A stretch of 63,074 nt of DNA, filler included, from Sphacelaria rigidula (Eukaryota), in the NCBI GenBank assembly GCA_964200075.2. It is 10 parts of 10 records of this genome, joined end to end, with 100 filler letters (N's around TTAATTAATTAA, not from the genome) between each part and the next. Parts side by side here need not be neighbours in the genome. Positions count along the whole stretch, not along the records: positions 6,319 to 12,536 come from CAXNAA020021439.1; positions 12,637 to 18,854 come from CAXNAA020021440.1; positions 18,955 to 25,172 come from CAXNAA020021441.1; 7 more parts are not named here. The stretch is one strand, 5' to 3'. The number at the start of each line of letters is the position of its first letter. Position 1 is the stretch's first letter. Shown one piece after another: positions 11,681-24,289 of this stretch. Below the pieces are notes generated by a model. The model saw only the letters and a program-made list of their open reading frames with translations. It was not told the DNA's origin and did not search any database. A program made the translations under genes and the position numbers.

Positions 11681-12536
11681 TGCGGTTGACAAACGCTGGA
11701 TCATAACTGCGCTATTCACGCGAAGTGCGATCATGGCCAAGCTTTCAAAAATTGGCACTCGGCAAAAAATGAGGGCCCGTCTGAAATGGGGGGAAGATCC
11801 ATTACATGGGACATCAAGGCAGACGGCTCCTGTCATCAAACGCTTGGGAGAAAGCAGCTCCGTGCTGGCTCAGTTTGTTCGTCCCAACTTGCACGCGTCC
11901 GCCGTGCGTGGCTTCTCTGATCCCAGCACCCGACGATAGCTGATGTACGGGCGGAGACGCAACAAACAGCTGCACAGTCGTCACGTGATCGTTTTATCGT
12001 TTCACCTTTGTCTACAGACAGTAGCTAGTGTACAGCACTTTGATCTCACCCCACTTCTGTCCTTACCGGAACACCGCGTGCAGCACTACAACTTTTCAGG
12101 CATTCTCCAGCGCACATCACATCATGTTCGTCGTAGAGTGTTCAAATGCACAACAGCACAGCAATACCTACAGCATAGAAATGATGGGTGTGGGAAGCGC
12201 CTTGTTCGTTGCAACAAGAGAAGCCCATGCATACTGTATACAGTCCGTGTTCAGGTTCTAAAAAGCACCGCAGAATTGCTGTGTTGTGTTGTGTTCAGTG
12301 TAGTACTCTGTACTCCATATACCACTGCAGAGTCGCGTTGTGTTCAGTGTAGTACCCTGTACTCCACATAGTGGGGTCACGTTTTGGGCAGTTTTTCGAA
12401 AAGTTCTGCTTGTTTTTTTTCAAGTATTCTGAAAAAAACGAGACAGTTTTCTGTCACAGAAATCCAACGCCGAATCTGGAATAAACAGCGGATCATCTAT
12501 GTTGAGGATGGAGATTTTCATTGAGGATGAGAACCC

Positions 12537-12636
12537 NNNNNNNNNNNNNNNNNNNNNNNNNNNNNNNNNNNNNNNNNNNNTTAATTAATTAANNNNNNNN
12601 NNNNNNNNNNNNNNNNNNNNNNNNNNNNNNNNNNNN
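12537..12636. other. Artificial contig spacer
   Basis: N-run + TTAATTAATTAA + N-run. Confidence 0.97.
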
Positions 12637-12723
12637 CGCGGATTGGATCAGCACTCCCGCACCGCGTCAACTCACGTCACACAAACCCAGTCGACTACTT
12701 TGTAGTATTTGTCAATAAAAGCC

Positions 12724-12840
12724 ACCAGTAGGTGAAGGAGTGGAACCATATTTCGAGGATTTGGTGTGGATGCGAAGATTTCAATCCTCCGGGTTCTCAT
12801 CCTCAATGAAAAGCTCCATCCTCAATGTCGATGATCGGCA
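12724..12840. repeat. Fragment of the foldback family at 37007-37457
   Basis: CAGTAGGTGAAG..TG.AACCATA.TT.GA.GATTTGGTGTGGAT.CGAAGATTT.AAT..TCCGG.TTCTCATCC.CAAT matches the right arm at ~37337-37420. An opposite-orientation fragment lies at ~12489-12536. Confidence 0.7.
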
Positions 12841-13108
12841 GTTAAACCAGCCTGGAGATGGCGGGCTAGTTAGTGTTCCGAAACAAGTGTACTGTCGTAA
12901 GACTATAATCATCGTCACCTGCACCAAACACCCCAAAACAAATGTAGGATTATCTAACCTATCAAGTGGTGAACTCTACTGGGTCAGTAACCCATTGAAT
13001 GAGGGGGGGGGAAGGGGGGGGGGGGGGGGGGGGGGCTTCCCCCTTTTGCCCTCTCTTTCCCCCCCTCCCTTCCCGAGCACAAAAAACAAATGGAAAGAAN
13101 NNNNNNAA

Positions 13109-13139
<31 letters not shown>

Positions 13140-13166
13140 GAGAGATAGAAAAAAGGAAAAGGAGAA

Positions 13167-13209
<43 letters not shown>

Positions 13210-13685
13210 TTCCCGCTTCTTCGTTCCCGTGCTCCATATTCCCGCTGTCTGATCTGAACCACAGGGTATGACTGTAGTACAGCGAAGGATATACCATGAT
13301 ACGTGATGTCACACCCGTTGGTCTTAACGAGAAACTTGGGACCGATCTTTTAGTTCTTATCACGCAACGAAAGTTCCTGGAAATCTCCCGTGATGTGCCA
13401 TCTTCCCGATGTTTATTTATACAGAATAATGACCTGATGATCTGGACGGCACCTGAAATCCCACCCACACCACCACACCACCACGAGTTCAGTTCATCAC
13501 TGTAATTGTGTCTGCCGCACTCAACTGAGAAGGTACGCGTTGCACTACAGGAATAGAAGGCGGCGGAATAAACCCGGGAGCGCTCAGTTGAGAATATACA
13601 ACCCGCATAGAGTGCTCAGTACTCGCAGACAAAAAAGGCTTTTCACGAGAACGGGGTCAGGCTTCGACCCGGGGAGGGAGGCACG

Positions 13686-16600
13686 ATGGGAGAGCACGAC
13701 AAATTGAGGGCTCCGGCCGACTTTAAAGGCCCCATAGAGGACAGGAAGTGCACAGATATCCTCTTCACCTTATTTATCATCGTCATGTGGATTGCCATGA
13801 CCTCGGTGGGCATCACGAGCGTGCAGGAGGTGCGTTCATTTAGTAGCACGATGAGAGTTCCGTTGTTCTTTACGGAAGGTAACACCCCCCCCCCCCCATG
13901 CAACACGTTTTTTCCAGTCTCGAACAACCGGAGAGTTTGGCGCCGCGAGCCATCTCACTCATCGAAAATACCTCCTGTTCAGGAAGAATAGTTTACCCAG
14001 TGTAACCAGTGAGCGTTCCCGAATACCTCATCTCGCATCCTAGCACTCGATAATAGAGGGCAACTCCTCGCCCACAGCTACAGAGAAAACCGAGCTCATT
14101 TTCTCAAAAGTACAGCATCACCCGGAAAAATCTGAGCGTTCACGAATTACACAACACTTCCGGTTTTACCGTTACATTCTGTAACTCTTCGGCAGGTGTT
14201 TACAAGCTCACCGCAGGGCGGTGCTGTACCGGGTTTTCACGTCGTCACCAAGTTGCATTACCATTTCCCGTGCGGTATTTGTAGTCGTGGTTGAAATTGC
14301 ACGTGAATTGGATTTGAGGGTTTGAGAAAAGCAGACCCCACAACGTGCAGTGTATGTCGAGAAACCCCGCAAGACGCGCACGGTTTCGCTTGCTGTGTGA
14401 CTGACCATCTGTTGAAAAAGCACACGTCCTCGAAAGTAAGTCTCGGATCCCACATTCCTGTCTGTTCTCGAGTGTCCGTCTGCGCTCAAAGGTTTGACCG
14501 CTGGGGCACGGTGGCTCAACGTTCAGTCGGCATCACTTTTACACGAGAAGAAAGGGTACGCGCTGCTTCTCGATTTCCAGGTCACTTGTTTTTGTATTCT
14601 CTGCATCTTCGCCGCGCCGCGCCTTGCTCAAGCGTCCTCTAGCGAGTATTTCCGTGTTGATTAACTAACCGTCGGAACGCCTGTCCTGTGACCGCACCTG
14701 GGTTCCCAGAGGGTCGATTGATGTGCGGCAATCAATCAGTACAGGAGTCAATGAAGACCCAGATGACACCCTGGCGGTCTACCCGTTGTTGAACCTGAAA
14801 TATTTTGCCGCAGGAGTAACCGTATACACATATCAAAATAATACACATCTGTTACGTGGGAGCGTAGGCATTGATGGAATGAAATGGACTAGTACGGTAC
14901 GGCTTGCCGGTCGAAGAGGTTAACTCTTTGACCCTTCAGTGCAATTGTCGGGCTGACAGTCCCTCGGAACAATATTTCCAGAAGGGGGTGTTATTTGGGG
15001 TACAGATGGAGTACGAGTACAGCAGTCGCGTTTGACTTTTTCGGGCAATGTAATGTACTCCTAATGCGAAGGTCCCGTCTTCTCGAGACAGAAAAAAGTG
15101 ACGAACAAGCAAAGCGTCCAGAGGCAGCACATCAATTGGTCGCCGGGGGGAGAAACCGATCAACGCGTTCCTTGTGGACGCTTGTTTTGTTTGTCGCTTT
15201 TTTTTCTATGTATATCGATAAGACAGGGCCTACAGCTTGAGATGGTCACAGACATACGGTTTAGTTGCCGTTAGATTTCAGCCAGATGGTCGGTGCATTT
15301 GGGGCCAAATCCGAAGCAGCGGAAAGGGTTCAAAACATGAGTTCAATGCCACCTTTGCCCAGCCTTCGCTGCCCGGTGTTTTGTGTTTGTGTAATAATTG
15401 TGTAAATACGTGCTTGTACATTCCAGGAAAGCGTTGAAGTGCTCTCACAAGAGCTTCGATGAGGGTACGAGAATCGTCTTCGTAGAGTGGTGTGTTTGAC
15501 TTCTGGGCTGATAGTTATTACAGTACGTAACAATTTTTAGTGTAGCAGTAGCTGCTTGTAGTAAGTAGACTGTGCCCAACTAGAGCCTGCCGAATGGATT
15601 GACAGCCTGACAAATATTTGGTATGTGCTGCGGCCTTGTCGAAGCACACCAGCCAATCGAGGGCCGAAGGCATGACAGCACACACACACTGGAGAGCCAC
15701 CGCTACTGCACGCAACGCGGCTGTTGTATGAGCGTTCGCATGTTTCATACACATCATGCGCCATATATCCGCCACCACGCCCATGATGACCGCAAGCGGA
15801 AAACGAAAAATATGAAACCGGCTGCAGCTGAAACAGCGGAGAGATGTTCCTAAACCCTGTTTTATACTCCAGTACAAAGGCGGAATGTAATTTTCCCCAA
15901 CGTGTCGAAGCACGCGTCAACACCAGTGTTGCACCGGCCGTATGTATATACAAGTATATAGTACCGGTTTTAAGGCCTCTGTATTTTTGTAGATGAATAT
16001 CGCGGCTTTTCGGCCCGGGCGCTGCACGCTGGACGCTTATCACGGTATTTCTTGAGGATGAAACACGTACTGTAGGATTGCTCGACACTCCCGGAACGTT
16101 CTCTTGGTTCTTTCCCGCTTTTCCTGACATCGTCTATTCGATGTGGAAGCCTTGAACACCTGCCATAAGGCCAGTGGAAAGTACTGAGTATTGTCGGTCG
16201 TCGATACGCTGGGTAGGTTGGAGTACTGAGTACGCCAAAGCACCCTGGAAATACGAGAATTCGGGGTACTCCAGGGTACGTACCGCACCATCCCGTAACC
16301 ACCCTCGCAGCGCAGTAAAAAGGGTTCAGGCATGGTTACACTTCGAGGTTACCCCCTCACGGCCGGTCGGTCAGTGCTCATCACGCCCTTGGGCCCCCAA
16401 ATGGTACATAGCGTCCCTGGGGTCGCCCGTGGTTTCCTCTGGGTGGGAACAATTTTTTATACAACATCAGTAACCAGGTGTCCGCCAGCGTCTGCAGGAC
16501 GCGTCGTCTGCTGAATAGAAAATGCATGGAAGAGGGGAAGAGAAGCGAAAACAATTAGTTAGAAGTACCCAGCAAGGATACCAGGCTGATGAATCCGTTT

Positions 16601-17899
16601 TTCGGACAAAGCAGGTCACCCCGCCCCGGTGGCTCAGCTGGCAATCTCGAAACCTGTAGACGGTTGGATCGCGGGTTCGAATCTCGGAGTGATCCGGGAT
16701 TTTTTTCATGCTCAACAGTGAAGAGCGCCATGTCGTGGGTACGCGAAAAATTCGACTTGACGGTCGACGAGGGGAAGGGAATGCTGAACCCCTTTTGCGA
16801 TAAAAATAAAAAGGCAAGCACCGCAGAAGGAAGGTGGAGTACCGACACAAAAACAAGAAAAGAAAAACGCATGTGATGACCCTTCTCCTGTGTGACACCA
16901 GGTGATGCGCCCACATATACCGAAAGGTGTAGACCGGCGTCCAGAATAGACGGAACAACAACACACAACACACACGTCGCCCTCTTGCATTTATTCATTG
17001 GCGTCATTGCCCGCATAACCCCGCTGAACCGACATTTTTGTTCGTTTTTGATGTCTTACATGTTGTGCTCGTGTGTGTTTGTGTCGCTGAACCGATAATC
17101 GCAGGGCGACCTGGACAAGTTGTTAGCACCCGTCGACTACGACGGTGAGCGCGGTTTGTTCGTCGTCCGGTCAGGGGGTGTTTGCCTTGTGTTACACTGT
17201 AGAGTACACGGCCAAGGAAGACCGTTGAGCGGCAAACGCACGCACAACTCTGGGTTGGGCATCTTGTCAAAGCTCGAAAATCGCTGCTCCACTCGACCAC
17301 TGGCATTGACGCGTCCTTGGAGGGAGTGTATACATTTATTGGATGAAGCACAGTTGTTTTTGTAACGCCGTTTCTCTAATCAAGTTGCTGCGTTTCTTAC
17401 GGTGTGCGCGGACGGCGTTTTTTTTTTTTCATCTTCCGGGGGTGGGAGGTCATCATGCCGGCCTGCGAAGTATCTCGGTGAAAGTCTGGGTAACGATATC
17501 TAGATGTTGTGTGCTGTGCTGCGCTGTAGTGTCTTCCACACACTGCACAGGATGGTTTAACTGTACGTTGTTGATGACTGAACTGGACTGCGGTATAGTG
17601 CTGTCCGTACTGTGCCGTGTGGCCGAGCTGTAGTACATCGAAACTCCAGGTGCTGCTCAAAGTCGAGCCGTGTGTTGTACCTCTGCTGCCTTTGACCACG
17701 CGAGTGCGAACTACACGTGACGTTCAACTTGCATTCGTTAACCCTTCTCCACGCCTCCCCCTTCAACATCGATGATCGGTCCACTAGGTAACCTTTGTGG
17801 GTACGACAGTGGCTTCGAGGACCTCCCCAACTTGTATTACGTCAACCTCCTCGGGTCGGGAGTGTGCGTAGAGGAGTGCCCATCCGAAGCAGACCAGAG
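13686..17899 (+). CDS. Choline transporter-like protein (CTL/SLC44 family), 5' partial, exons 1-3
   Basis: Exons 13686-13829 (MGEHDKLRAPADFKGPIEDRKCTDILFTLFIIVMWIAMTSVGITSVQE), 17105-17144 (GDLDKLLAPVDYDG) and 17788-17899 (GNLCGYDSGFEDLPNLYYVNLLGSGVCVEECPSEADQ). GT-AG junctions are phase-consistent. The FxGP..xR.CTD, GNxCG and CVxxCP motifs are CTL family hallmarks. The remainder lies off-contig. Confidence 0.9.
14689..14738 (+). mobile_element. Short 3' end of non-LTR retroelement with (ATCA)n tail (intronic)
   Basis: GACCGCACCTGGGTTCCCAGAGGGTCGATTGATGTGCGGCAATCAATCA resembles the reverse complement of 46998-47062. Confidence 0.4.
16618..16976 (+). mobile_element. tRNA-derived SINE (~360 bp) in CTL intron 1
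   Basis: A-box TGGCTCAGCTGG and B-box GGTTCGAATC. Body and 3' end CCCACATATACCGAAAGGTGTAGACCGGCGTCCAGAATAGA plus (CA/ACA)n tail. Homologous copies at 39791-39959, 59313-59682 and 62873-63074. Confidence 0.85.
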
Positions 17900-18730
17900 G
17901 TGATTTATCACTATTTTATCCATTGAAAGATTACTTATTTTTCTTCTCCTGACCCTTTCACCGTCGGGGTGAGTCATCTGTTGGATCGGCCTTTATTTCA
18001 TTCGAAACAATGACTGCGACCCGGATGACCCACTTCTGCGGCGAAAGAGTTTGAGCCGAACGCGATGAATCTTGCTACACCAGTACCTTTCGCCCCCCCC
18101 CCCCGGAAAATTCTTCACACCGTTTTGAATAGTCGATTTATCCGTAGCCTGAGGTATGCGATTCGACCCCGCTCTGCAGCACTCACGGGAGCGAGCGTAG
18201 CACAGTTACCGTCACGGTCCGAACCGTATCCACTTGTGTTGCGACGAGCAAGTGTAGAGGCGTCCGTTAATTAACCCTGTTCCAAAATCAGCAGCACGCG
18301 TCTCAGATTGCTATTTTACCATCGCCGTATAGTCCATGCGTAGCAACAAGGAATAACCAATAACTCATCGCACACGGAGGGACCGATGAGCATGCCGGTC
18401 CGTGAGAACGGTACTACATTTTTTTTGTATCAACACTTGCGGCCACACACACCACCCCCCCTCCCTCCCCAACGCCTTCACGCGTCCATCACCCTTGTCT
18501 GGGATGTGGATCCGTGAATTACACAAACGTCAATATTTTGCTGAGCTCTCCATCCTTTGATACCCCCCCGTCCTACCCCCGTCATGACAAGCAAATGAGT
18601 AGTAAGAGTCGCCAAAGAAATTGGCTTGAAGCATCTGCTTGTGAGCATAGATAGCGTCCAGATATCAGTTCTTCGAAGGAGACATATAAGAAGTAGAATC
18701 ATTGACCGTCTCTCCTTCTCATCACCGTTA

Positions 18731-18796
<66 letters not shown>

Positions 18797-18854
18797 ACGC
18801 CTTTTCTGTTCTTCTCCTCCCCCCCACCAAAACACCACCACTTTTCTCCATCTC

Positions 18855-18954
18855 NNNNNNNNNNNNNNNNNNNNNNNNNNNNNNNNNNNNNNNNNNNNTT
18901 AATTAATTAANNNNNNNNNNNNNNNNNNNNNNNNNNNNNNNNNNNNNNNNNNNN
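18855..18954. other. Artificial contig spacer
   Basis: N-run + TTAATTAATTAA + N-run. Confidence 0.97.
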
Positions 18955-19214
18955 CATTTTGGCGGTCATTGACAACCATAGAGAGCATCTGGGCCATGGT
19001 GTGATTAACTCTTTCGGTACCACCGTTACCGTTCGGGTGGTAGGCGCTCGTGGCAATTTTGCGGATGCCCAGGAGCTTGTAGAGCTCATCCGAGAGGTCT
19101 GAACAAAATTGCCGACCATTGTCTTAAAGTAGTCGCGTCGGGCAGCCGTAGTGCTTAATGTAATCATGGATGTACTTTCACATATTTTCATAAGTGGTGT
19201 TTTGCATGAGATCA

Positions 19215-19719
19215 AGGGCTCCTAACAGTCCTAAGCTTAGAAAGTATTTGTGCACCCCTACCGTAGCATCACTCCGCCAGAAAGAAAGAGATTTACCAGT
19301 CGTCGGAAGGGGGAAGACGTAGATAGACAGAAGTGCCTCTGTGGCAAAGCAATAGAGAGCAGACGTCATAGAGTGGCAGAATGTGAGCTATACAAGAAGG
19401 AACGGGACGTACTAGAGGGGAAAATGCGGGACGTGAACGAAGGTGACATGAAATCGTTTGATGCGTTAGACAGTAGCGAGATAGCAATGGGTATGCTGGG
19501 AGGAGATAGATGGTGGTCACATACGGCGAAACAGGACGGGGATAAGAGATGTATCGAGGTTTTTGTGCAATGTACGGAAAAAACGTACTTACCGTGGGAA
19601 TGTTGCGGAGGTGTGTCTATTAGGAATAGTAGGAACGGTGCTCCGTCTCGAGAGGGATGCGTGGTCAATGGTCAAACGACTAAGGCAAGCAACAAACGAG
19701 TACGCCCCCTCCCCCCCCC
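19215..19719 (+). mobile_element. 5'-truncated non-LTR retrotransposon (LINE) remnant: C-terminal Cys/His knuckle region + 3' UTR
   Basis: The translation contains KCLCGKAIESRRHRVAECELYKKER (CxC-x7-H-x4-C), resembling the C-terminal zinc knuckle of LINE ORF2. The 3' end AACGGTGCTCCGTCTCG...GGTCAATGGTCAAA.GACTAAGGCAAGCAACAAA.GAGTACGCCCCC recurs at 22221-22420 (-) and ~38340-38437 (+). Confidence 0.65.
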
Positions 19720-19735
19720 GGCAGAAACAAAGCGC

Positions 19736-19970
19736 CTGGTTTGGGGAGGCAAAATCTCAAAATGGAAAAAGCCGAGCATAACGAGCAGCTGGGGATTCCC
19801 ACGCTTGGGTTTGTTCTCGCCAATGTCGCCCATATGAGGCGCTTCGTACAGCCTGCACCCGAACATCAGGCGCTGTATGACCTTTTTTTTTCGTGACACT
19901 TTTGGGCTAGTGTTTTGTTTTGGGTGGGGGGGGGGGGGGGAACCTATCGTAGAAAATGTCCGCTTCACGC
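19736..19970. repeat. Dispersed repeat shared with 10046-10200
   Basis: See 10046-10200. Confidence 0.7.
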
Positions 19971-21657
19971 GTCATTTTCTTCGACGCGAACAATTTTCCG
20001 TCGACGCCTTCGAAGCGCCCTCCGTCTCAATTGATACCCCATATTCCTCTGCATCTACTGTAGAGCGCCGGCCTCAACCGTACAATCAAATTGTACGTAT
20101 GTAATGGTGTAAGCATCTTTGTTGTAAAGTCACTATACTAAAATCGGTATACACATAGCCGGTAACGGCGAAGCTCAAATAAACTGGCGCCCTCGTCGCC
20201 AGTTCCAGTTTAACTCCGGTTGCAGTTGAATCGACAGTATAAACTGGTCCAGTTCACAGCCCCAGAAATTCCTCGTTTTGACATTTGTTGAGTGTTTTTT
20301 CTAGGAATAAAATTTACTCCGAACATGAACAGGTTGATTTCACTTCTGTTCTGTACCAATCGCTTCATGCAAATTGCAAAACGTTGGGGGAAGCAATCCG
20401 ACCGTATCCTCGCACCTCTGACCAAACTCAAAGCGAGCATATCTCCGCAGCTTTCGAGAGCCGTTTTGATTCCATGGAATAAGATTCAGAAATCAGAACT
20501 TTCTTATTGACACCAAGGCTTACACGCTTTGTGAGCATAGAATATCTACAGGCAGCCACTGAAGCGACGAAAGCTTTGTCCGGACTTGTTTGGTAGAGCC
20601 ATATCTCGCCTCAGCTTATAATGACCCTTCTCATCTGGCAATTTCCAATTCTCGAGACACACACACACACAGATACACACCTTGCTGAGCACCCGACCAG
20701 TTGTGTGCATCAGAAAAGCTCAGATTACAGGCCCCCATATGGGTAACGCCAGCAACAGTTACGTCACCGCCGGCGGCATCCTTTTTCACTTCGCATGCCA
20801 GGGTCTCCATGGGTGTTTGATCTTTCATACATCTCCCCAACGGGGATGCAGCAGACTCGTGTCCTTGTGCAGAGGTCGGGTAAAATCAAGGATGACAACA
20901 ACATCCCCCAACGTGCTATTGGACCTTGGTGCAACCGTCGTCGCTCGCATGTGTGTGAGAACAGTAGTGGTGGCGGGAAAATCGCCCTGCTTTTCGACGA
21001 CGTGTTCTGCAGCTCACAGAAGCACGTCCTACCCAAAAAGAGGGGCAGAGAGGAATCACCTTTGCATTGGTCAGCGCCACAGAAAAGTGACGATTACCCT
21101 CGGCACCTCGATCTTCGTTGGGGGGCTGTGCAGCAATAACCCGCCTGTCGGCACATGGCAAATTGGGTATGTGCTGGTAACATGATGCCATTCTCCCCAG
21201 CGATTGGGAATCGCCGAGCGAGGACACACAAAGGACACGGGCGAGGAGCTTCCTCTCCGCCATTGCTCCTCCGGTGGTCTCATCATAGGCACGCGTGTAA
21301 ACCGCATTTATTCGGTATACCTAGCGGTGCCTTATGGAGATGCCATTTCGGACTATTCTGAGCCTCCCCTCTTTTTCGTTCACGTAAAGAAAATCGTTAT
21401 TATTTTTCAGAATACCCTGTCGTATTTCTTGTCGCACACTGAAGCAAGCTCGACCGAGGAAGCAGCAGACATTTACAATACCATCACGTCAGGTATCAGG
21501 TCGGGGGTGGGATATGTGGAAGGGGGTGTGCCAAATGACTCAAGCAAGCGGGTTAACGTTCACGTCTGCTGGACACAGAGGATCCCGTTGGGGGTAAACA
21601 TTTTCCCGTCAAAACCTCGCTGCCGGTCATTCGTCAATATTGTTGCTCTTCAAGCGC

Positions 21658-24289
21658 TTAAACAGCGCAGTCTTGATGCAAGTGCAGGTGTAGTACTTGT
21701 GCAGAGAAGTGGCCATTGAAGTCGAGTCGCATCGCAAGTTCCTTTGCAAGCCTCTCCAACACCTGCAGACAGTAAAGGGGTCAACGCGAAGTGAGTACCT
21801 GTATTACACTAAAAGCTATTCCCGGCTGTTCTAGACGCCGAGTATCAGGGTGTGGTAAACCGCTCGACAACACATGGTGTATATACATGTATGTAATGGT
21901 GATCCGCTAGACCAGTCACACCAAAAATATTCGGCTAATCACATCCCAAAGCGCCACGATCCCATGCTTATTTAAGGTCTTGCAGAAAGTACTTCGATGA
22001 TTCCGTTGAACAGCACGATGAGATGGGTGAGAAGCACTTGCATGTATGTGTCACGGCGGCAATTGAGACGATTGAGACTATTGGATAGCCAATCCAAACA
22101 ACAACGTACACCATCATCACTCGTGCCCCCCCCACACCCCACCTTTCGGGGGCAGATGTACAGACACAATTGCAGCATAGGTAAGTAAGTGTGCAGCCTG
22201 TGGGAAGGAACTCGCGAGACGGGGGGGCGTACTCATTTGTTGCTTGCCTTAGTCTTTTGACCATTGACCACGCATCGCTTTCGAGACGGAGCACCGTTCC
22301 TACTCCTGATGGAGACACCTCCAACATTCTGGCGCTCACTACGTCCCTTCTGTAGCTCATTACGTTTCTTCCAAACATTACACAAGAACCTCTTACATAT
22401 CTTATCCCCGTCCTGGAGACGGGGGGGAGGGGGTGAACTCCTTCGTAGGTTTTGGTTACAACTCCGTTGGGGGGCGTGCGTGTGAGGTTTACATGTACAG
22501 TATCAACAGTATCCGTGTTATGGCAGCACGGAAAATAGGAATATATGTTTTGCCTTTTTCGCCTCCCTAAGTTCCCGTCGGTCGCCCGCCACCCGCCGCA
22601 GCGTTACTCAGGACAGACTTGACATTCGTTCTTACGTGTCGGTGTTCTTTGTGGGGTGTAAATTTACCCGCCACGCACTAAATTCTGCTACGTACATTTC
22701 CCTTCGTGAGACATTGGGGCAAGCTTGCAGCTCAATCATCAGATGTAGAACTATTTTAAGCGACGTCGATGTGTACCAAAATTCATGTCATCAACTGCTG
22801 CAAGACACAAGTGCGCCATGCCATGGTTACAACATGCAGTGTAGAGGTCTTACCAGTCGAACCGAGCATAATTTATATTGCTGTAGAGTATACAAATATA
22901 GTGCCACAAACATACCGGATGTGGCATCATTCCTGGAATACAGTTACTGCTGTGACCAGAATATAGAAAAAATGCACGTGCCCAATGCTTCCGCCACTCT
23001 CAGCGGATGAAAAGCAAGACTGAACGGAGCAAACGGTCAAGCTCCAGCTCCAGTGACCATGCATTGAACAACGACACCAATGGATTACTTCTATTTTGTA
23101 TCCATTTAATACGTGAACACAAAGAAGCGGGGAACAAGAGGCATGGTTATACTAGTTTTATGGCAGTTACCAATCTCAATTTGTACGCAGACCGGGGGAC
23201 CTCAAATCGGGAAAAACATTTTTTAGGGGCCGCAGTATATGGGCGGGATCGGGAAAGCTGAAATTGGGATGTCACGATTTGAGGACGATTTCCCCCAGTT
23301 TTTCGCCAAAATGGGGGAACGTTGAGGTCTCCCCAGTATGTAGGAAATGACGTACGGTGAGAGGGCAAGAGGCGTTTGCACACAGGTAATATGGATGGAT
23401 GTTTGGTGCGTGGTTGTGGTGGATGGGATGGGATAGGTTTTTTGTTGTTTTTTGTTGTTTTGGACATGGGACGCGGATGCAATAGGAAGTAGGAATAGCC
23501 CCACGTTGAAATGCACACGGCTAAGTTTATCAATGGCACGTTGCTGAACGATGAAAACAACCGTTGGCTTAATGCAAGTCGACCTAAACGATTACACAGC
23601 CGCTGGAATCGAGTCCATGTTGGTTGAAGGGTTAATCCTAGGGGCTGAAAAGACAGCAAGACTCACCGGGAAGAGCAACGCCATCTCGTCTTGGAAGGCA
23701 TCGTGCAGTAACTCCACCTCCTTAACATCGATATCTTTGGCGTTTCCGTGCAGGGAGAAAAGACAGCAGAAACGCAGCACGTGTCGTAGAGCGCGGCCGA
23801 TACCCTGCCGAAACAAACGTTCGATTAGCTTCCATTAATGCAGCCGTGCTCAAGTGACGTGTCACGCACTCACAGCGCGAGAAGGAACTCATGTTCGAAA
23901 CAAACAATCCTGACTTCCCAGTGCTGTCCATGCAACATTTCGTGGTCTGCCCTAAAACAAAAACTGACTACTATCCGCAAATTCCCGGGGGGTAAAAACG
24001 ATTTTGCGGTGCGACAGACATCCTTCAGTTTGTCCCCTACCTAGCTTGTGCAGCTACAACGAGAAACTGATCTCCATATTTTCAGCGACATGTACATCAG
24101 CATCGCCCTGGCCTCTCGTCGAAACCAGTTAGTGTTGGCACATACCTGCGAAATCTCAAGATTGTCGAGGTAGAACTTGGCCCGCAAAGTGGAGAGGAAT
24201 TGATGGTGCGCTCTTTGCAAAGTCACGAAGTCTTCCAGCCCCGCGAGAGTTCTCTGCAGCACTGAATACTCAGCCTCTATCACGTCTAC
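21658..24289 (-). CDS. GCP4: Gamma-tubulin complex component 4 (Spc97/Spc98 family), 3' partial, last three exons
   Basis: Minus-strand exons 24289-24146 (VDVIEAEYSVLQRTLAGLEDFVTLQRAHHQFLSTLRAKFYLDNLEISQ), 23804-23667 (GIGRALRHVLRFCCLFSLHGNAKDIDVKEVELLHDAFQDEMALLFP) and 21762-21658 (VLERLAKELAMRLDFNGHFSAQVLHLHLHQDCAV*), all phase-0 GT-AG. The (Q)VDVIE...DF....AH..FL and terminal LRLD(F/Y)N-type motifs match the GCP4 GRIP2 C-terminus. Confidence 0.88.
22221..22420 (-). mobile_element. 3' fragment of the LINE family at 19215-19719 (in GCP4 intron)
   Basis: The reverse complement reads ...AGGAACGGTGCTCCGTCTCGAAAGCGATGCGTGGTCAATGGTCAAAAGACTAAGGCAAGCAACAAATGAGTACGCCCCCCC. Confidence 0.7.

Noticed and set aside
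13003..13210. Long poly-G and poly-A runs (also poly-C at 18732-18796) giving Gly/Pro/Lys-rich ORFs
   Set aside because: These are homopolymers next to N gaps or contig ends. Their lengths are unreliable and there is no coding signal.
16580..16620. Hammerhead-like motif CTGATGA-ATCCG-TTTT-CGGAC-AAAG-CAGGTC
   Set aside because: The core GAAA is absent, the stem II closing pair is broken, and no stem I pairing is evident. At most it is a decayed remnant; an Infernal search with hammerhead models would settle it.
16623..16700. tRNA-like sequence (also at ~59320 and ~62880)
   Set aside because: There is no complete cloverleaf or acceptor stem, and it is always fused to the same downstream body and tail, so it is a SINE head rather than a tRNA gene.
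20631..21650. Overlapping 70-170 aa ORFs downstream of GCP4
   Set aside because: No recognisable motif or splice pattern. Probably 3' UTR or intergenic DNA.
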